From Candidatus Omnitrophota bacterium (GTDB lineage: Bacteria; Omnitrophota; Gorgyraeia; Gygaellales; Profunditerraquicolaceae), in contig JBEKSD010000010.1 in NCBI GenBank assembly GCA_049517335.1, positions 1 to 46,644 on the forward strand: a DNA stretch of 46,644 bases, read 5' to 3'. A program made the translations under genes and the position numbers. Below the pieces are notes generated by a model. It searched no databases. It was not told where the DNA came from and saw only the letters and a list, made by a program, of their open reading frames with translations. Positions 45,325 to 46,644 of this stretch are shown piece by piece (the first letter of the stretch is position 1; every line of letters starts with the position of its first letter).

Positions 45325-46644
45325 ATGGTCACAGTGACAAAAAATACGCCATCAGTTAGCGTTATCATCCCTAGTTATAACGGAAAACATTTTTTAAAAG
45401 AATGTCTCTCATCTCTTTACGAACTACGTTACCCTTCTAAGAGCTTGGATATTAAAGTGGTTGATAATGTTTCGACCGACGGTACCGCGCAATACGTACA
45501 CAGGAATTTCCGTAAGGTACAGGTGTTACGTAACGATGAGAATAATTTTTGTAAAGCGAACAATCTGGGCATAAAAAATTCCCGCGGCGAGTTAGTTGCA
45601 TTCCTGAATAATGATACGCAAGTTGAAAAAGACTGGCTTAAGGCATTGGTTGAATCTATTGAGGGGAGTGAGCAGATAGGTTGCGTAGGCAGCAAAGTGC
45701 TTTTTCCGGACGGCAGGATTCAGAGCGCCGGACATTATGAATTCCCTAATTTTCGCTGGGGCGATAGAGGATTACACGAACCCGACATTGGGCAATATGA
45801 AACCGCTGAAGAAGTCAACAGTTTATCCGGATCTTCAGTTCTTTTCCGCCGCAGGTGCCTTGATGACGTCGGATATTTTGATGAAGATTTCATAATGTAT
45901 CTGGAGGATGTGGATATATTTTTGCGTTGCCGCAAGAAGAATTGGAAGCTTTTATACGTTCCAGCCAGTATCGTGCATCATTCATTTCACGGTACCGTAG
46001 ATGAAAAATCTGTCCGGTTTTATATTGAGCGTAACCGGCTCCTGCTTATTGCCAAGCATTTTCCTCAGGAGCTTTCGCATGCTTTGGAAAGCAAGGAATA
46101 TTCATTGCGGAATGAAGAACTTTTCAATATTCTGCCGGACTTATTTATGAAATTACTAAAACATCATAATAAGGATTCCTTACAGTCCACACTGAAAGAT
46201 TTTTTTGCCAGCCTAAAGCGTGTTTATAATTTGTCTAAAGACCAGATCGTGCAGGAGCTGAATAACTCGCTTGCTGATAGCCGGAAACAGATGAGTGAGG
46301 ATATGCAGCAGGAGAAGGCGCGGTTAGAGAGTGATGTTTTTAAACTTAAGGATAATCTTGAAAAGAATTATACGCAGCTTGAAGAACTAAAAAAGGCGCT
46401 TACCCAAAAAGATGCGTTGTTACAGGAAATATCGCAGATACAGGCTTCCCTTGAGGTAAAGGTTAATCAGAAAGAGCAGGATTTAACAGGACTACAGGAA
46501 AAATTAAATAGGTTAAGTCTTAATTCAGCTCACCGCGAAGAGAAGTTTAGCGAATTGCAGGAAGAGCGCGAAGCGTTGGCAGGAGAACTCTCCGGCCGCA
46601 GCGAAGAGCTGCTTAAGGAGCATCAGGTCGTAGATACCCTAAAA
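45325..46644 (+). CDS. GT2 - coiled-coil protein, paralogue of the N-terminal part of 39133-42672 (runs off window), not in ORF track
   Basis: AGGAGG 45313-45318, ATG 45325; MVTVTKNTPSVSVIIPSYNGK...LNND...GRIQSAGHYEFPNFRWGDRG...DEDFIMYLEDVD; E/Q/K/L heptads from about 46250; I found no stop before the window end (440 codons). Confidence 0.92.
   Translation, partial: MVTVTKNTPSVSVIIPSYNGKHFLKECLSSLYELRYPSKSLDIKVVDNVSTDGTAQYVHRNFRKVQVLRNDENNFCKANNLGIKNSRGELVAFLNNDTQVEKDWLKALVESIEGSEQIGCVGSKVLFPDGRIQSAGHYEFPNFRWGDRGLHEPDIGQYETAEEVNSLSGSSVLFRRRCLDDVGYFDEDFIMYLEDVDIFLRCRKKNWKLLYVPASIVHHSFHGTVDEKSVRFYIERNRLLLIAKHFPQELSHALESKEYSLRNEELFNILPDLFMKLLKHHNKDSLQSTLKDFFASLKRVYNLSKDQIVQELNNSLADSRKQMSEDMQQEKARLESDVFKLKDNLEKNYTQLEELKKALTQKDALLQEISQIQASLEVKVNQKEQDLTGLQEKLNRLSLNSAHREEKFSELQEEREALAGELSGRSEELLKEHQVVDTLK

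Overview
Bacterial chromosomal window, standard genetic code, no rRNA, CRISPR, transposase or integrase seen. Gene content suggests a diderm lineage such as Ca. Omnitrophota (an impression, not tested). There are three blocks. (1) 1-4107: an AT-rich envelope operon of Cys/His-rich proteins (beta-barrel C-terminus, an uncalled 43-aa CxxCC membrane protein, CcdA-like, TPR, DUF3299-like, DUF2062 read in frame into a secreted ankyrin protein, second ankyrin protein), followed by a highly self-complementary spacer. (2) 4483-17220: housekeeping genes glmS and rsmI, then a PyrR-attenuated pyr operon (pyrR,B,C, C-terminal half of carB, pyrK,D,F) interleaved with EndoQ (ending in the beta-clamp motif QLDLF), a LOG-family gene, mutM, an ICMT-like gene and tRNA-Arg/Val/Asp. 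(3) 17282-end: a large surface-glycan locus with two O-antigen-ligase-family genes, a nucleotidyltransferase/ABC exporter pair, a MoxR-DUF58-Ig-domain membrane triad, WecA-like, an SxtI/J/K-like carbamoyltransferase triad, a UGM-like flavoprotein, Wzm, a Wzt with two C-terminal binding modules, GT-C and GT4 enzymes. The most notable candidate for an undescribed system is a 1179-aa GT2 - coiled coil - tandem radical SAM/SPASM protein plus a paralogous GT2-coiled-coil protein. Their layout resembles WbdD/WbbB chain-length rulers, but with radical chemistry at the presumed capping end. All family assignments come from motif recognition by eye; no searches were run.
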